A stretch of DNA of 8,532 nucleotides from the NCBI GenBank assembly GCA_000004985.1, contig GG739064.1. One strand, written 5' to 3'. The translations under genes and the position numbers were made by a program. Of the stretch, positions 8,148 to 8,532 are shown piece by piece (the first letter of the stretch is position 1; each line of letters opens with the position of its first letter). This DNA is from Naegleria gruberi (taxonomy: Eukaryota). Below the pieces are notes generated by a model. It saw nothing but the letters and a program-made list of their open reading frames with translations, was not told the origin of the DNA and ran no database searches.

Positions 8148-8152
8148 TTTTT
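8148..8152 (+). terminator. Pol III terminator T5 two nucleotides after the tRNA 3' end
   Basis: attttt immediately downstream of discriminator base; standard eukaryotic Pol III termination signal. Confidence 0.6.
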
Positions 8153-8177
8153 ACTTTAATTCAGTAATCGTAATTTG

Positions 8178-8532
8178 TCATTTTGATTCCTGTTCCAGAC
8201 TTTTAATGTAATGAATTGCATTTGGAATTCCTTGTAGAGCTGCTTTTTTCATCCAGAAAATTGCATGATTAACATCCACCAAAGTGCCCTCGCCTTTCAA
8301 TAACATGTTTCCAACATAATATTGACAAATTGCATGACCATTCATTGCTCCACTCATAAATAATTTAAAGGATTCAGTATAATCTTGAAGACAGCCCATT
8401 CCCCTATCGTACATTGTTCCTGCATTGTATTGAGCTTCTGCATGATTTCGTGTAGCTGCCATTAAAAAGTATTTCAAAGCCCAATGGATAGTTCACTTCA
8501 ACTCCTCTACCTGATAAATACATAACTCCAAC
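8178..8532 (-). CDS. Sel1-like repeat (SLR/TPR-like) protein, 3' part, carrying an apparent +1 frameshift at 8480-8482; possibly a pseudogene or sequencing error
   Basis: ORF 8178..8477 gives consecutive Sel1-type repeats (AATRNHAEAQYNAGTMYDRGMGCLQDYTESFKLF / MSGAMNGHAICQYYVGNMLLKGEGTLVDVNHAIFWMKKAALQGIPNAIHY); upstream of an in-frame TGA (8495-8493) the repeat continues in another frame (8532->8479: VGVMYLSGRGVEVNYPLG); deleting one G of the GGG run restores ...GVEVNYPLALKYFLMAATRNHAEAQYNAG... Confidence 0.6.

Noticed and set aside
636-8477. 'M' start codons given by the ORF track at 638, 7119, 7974 and 8477
   Set aside because: All four are TTG codons (permissive start table); real ATGs with A-rich context are at 1009, 7263 and 7953, and the Sel1 gene's start is off-window
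1-8532. Prokaryotic defence island, CRISPR array, operon or mobile element
   Set aside because: No direct-repeat arrays, no Shine-Dalgarno-spaced co-directional gene clusters, no transposase or integrase-like ORFs, and eukaryotic gene signals throughout

Overview
This 8.5 kb window looks like AT-rich (about 33-35% GC), very gene-dense eukaryotic nuclear DNA. A 4,613-nt run of N (2095..6707) interrupts it and hides the 3' parts of two convergent genes.

The evidence that it is eukaryotic and not prokaryotic or viral:
- spliceosomal donor sites (GTAAGT and GTGAGT) whose removal restores reading frames;
- AATAAA overlapping a stop codon;
- A-runs of 7-9 nt abutting the ATG of three genes (aaaaaaaATG);
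- a tRNA gene without an encoded CCA, followed by a T5 Pol III terminator.

A budding-yeast-like or other compact fungal genome fits best. Codon usage in the best ORF is TTG, AGA, GGT, CCA, CAA and GAA. Introns are few and sit at the 5' end of genes, with a TACTAAC-like branch site followed by the first AG.

Gene content, left to right:
1. 3' end of an upstream + strand CDS (1..145).
2. A minus-strand Ras/Rab-fold GTPase-like gene with a His-rich N-terminus and degenerate G motifs (189..1009), probably split by a 47-nt intron.
3. A 550-bp divergent promoter (1010..1559).
4. A + strand gene starting with a PB1 domain (1560..2094, running into the gap).
5. The N gap.
6. A minus-strand secreted-protein gene whose 112-nt first exon encodes exactly a signal peptide (7263 down into the gap, 96-nt intron).
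7. A minus-strand 167-aa ORF with a weak F-box-like N-terminal motif (7450..7953).
8. A + strand tRNA-Ala(UGC) (8074..8146).
9. A minus-strand Sel1-like repeat gene (8178..8532) that carries an apparent 1-nt frameshift.

The ORF-track entries of 1,500-1,700 aa are artefacts of translating N as X. Several 'M' starts in the track are TTG codons; I relocated the real ATGs.

I found no prokaryotic-style defence or mobile system. The things most worth a second look are the probable pseudo-GTPase, the frameshifted Sel1 gene, and what the N block conceals.
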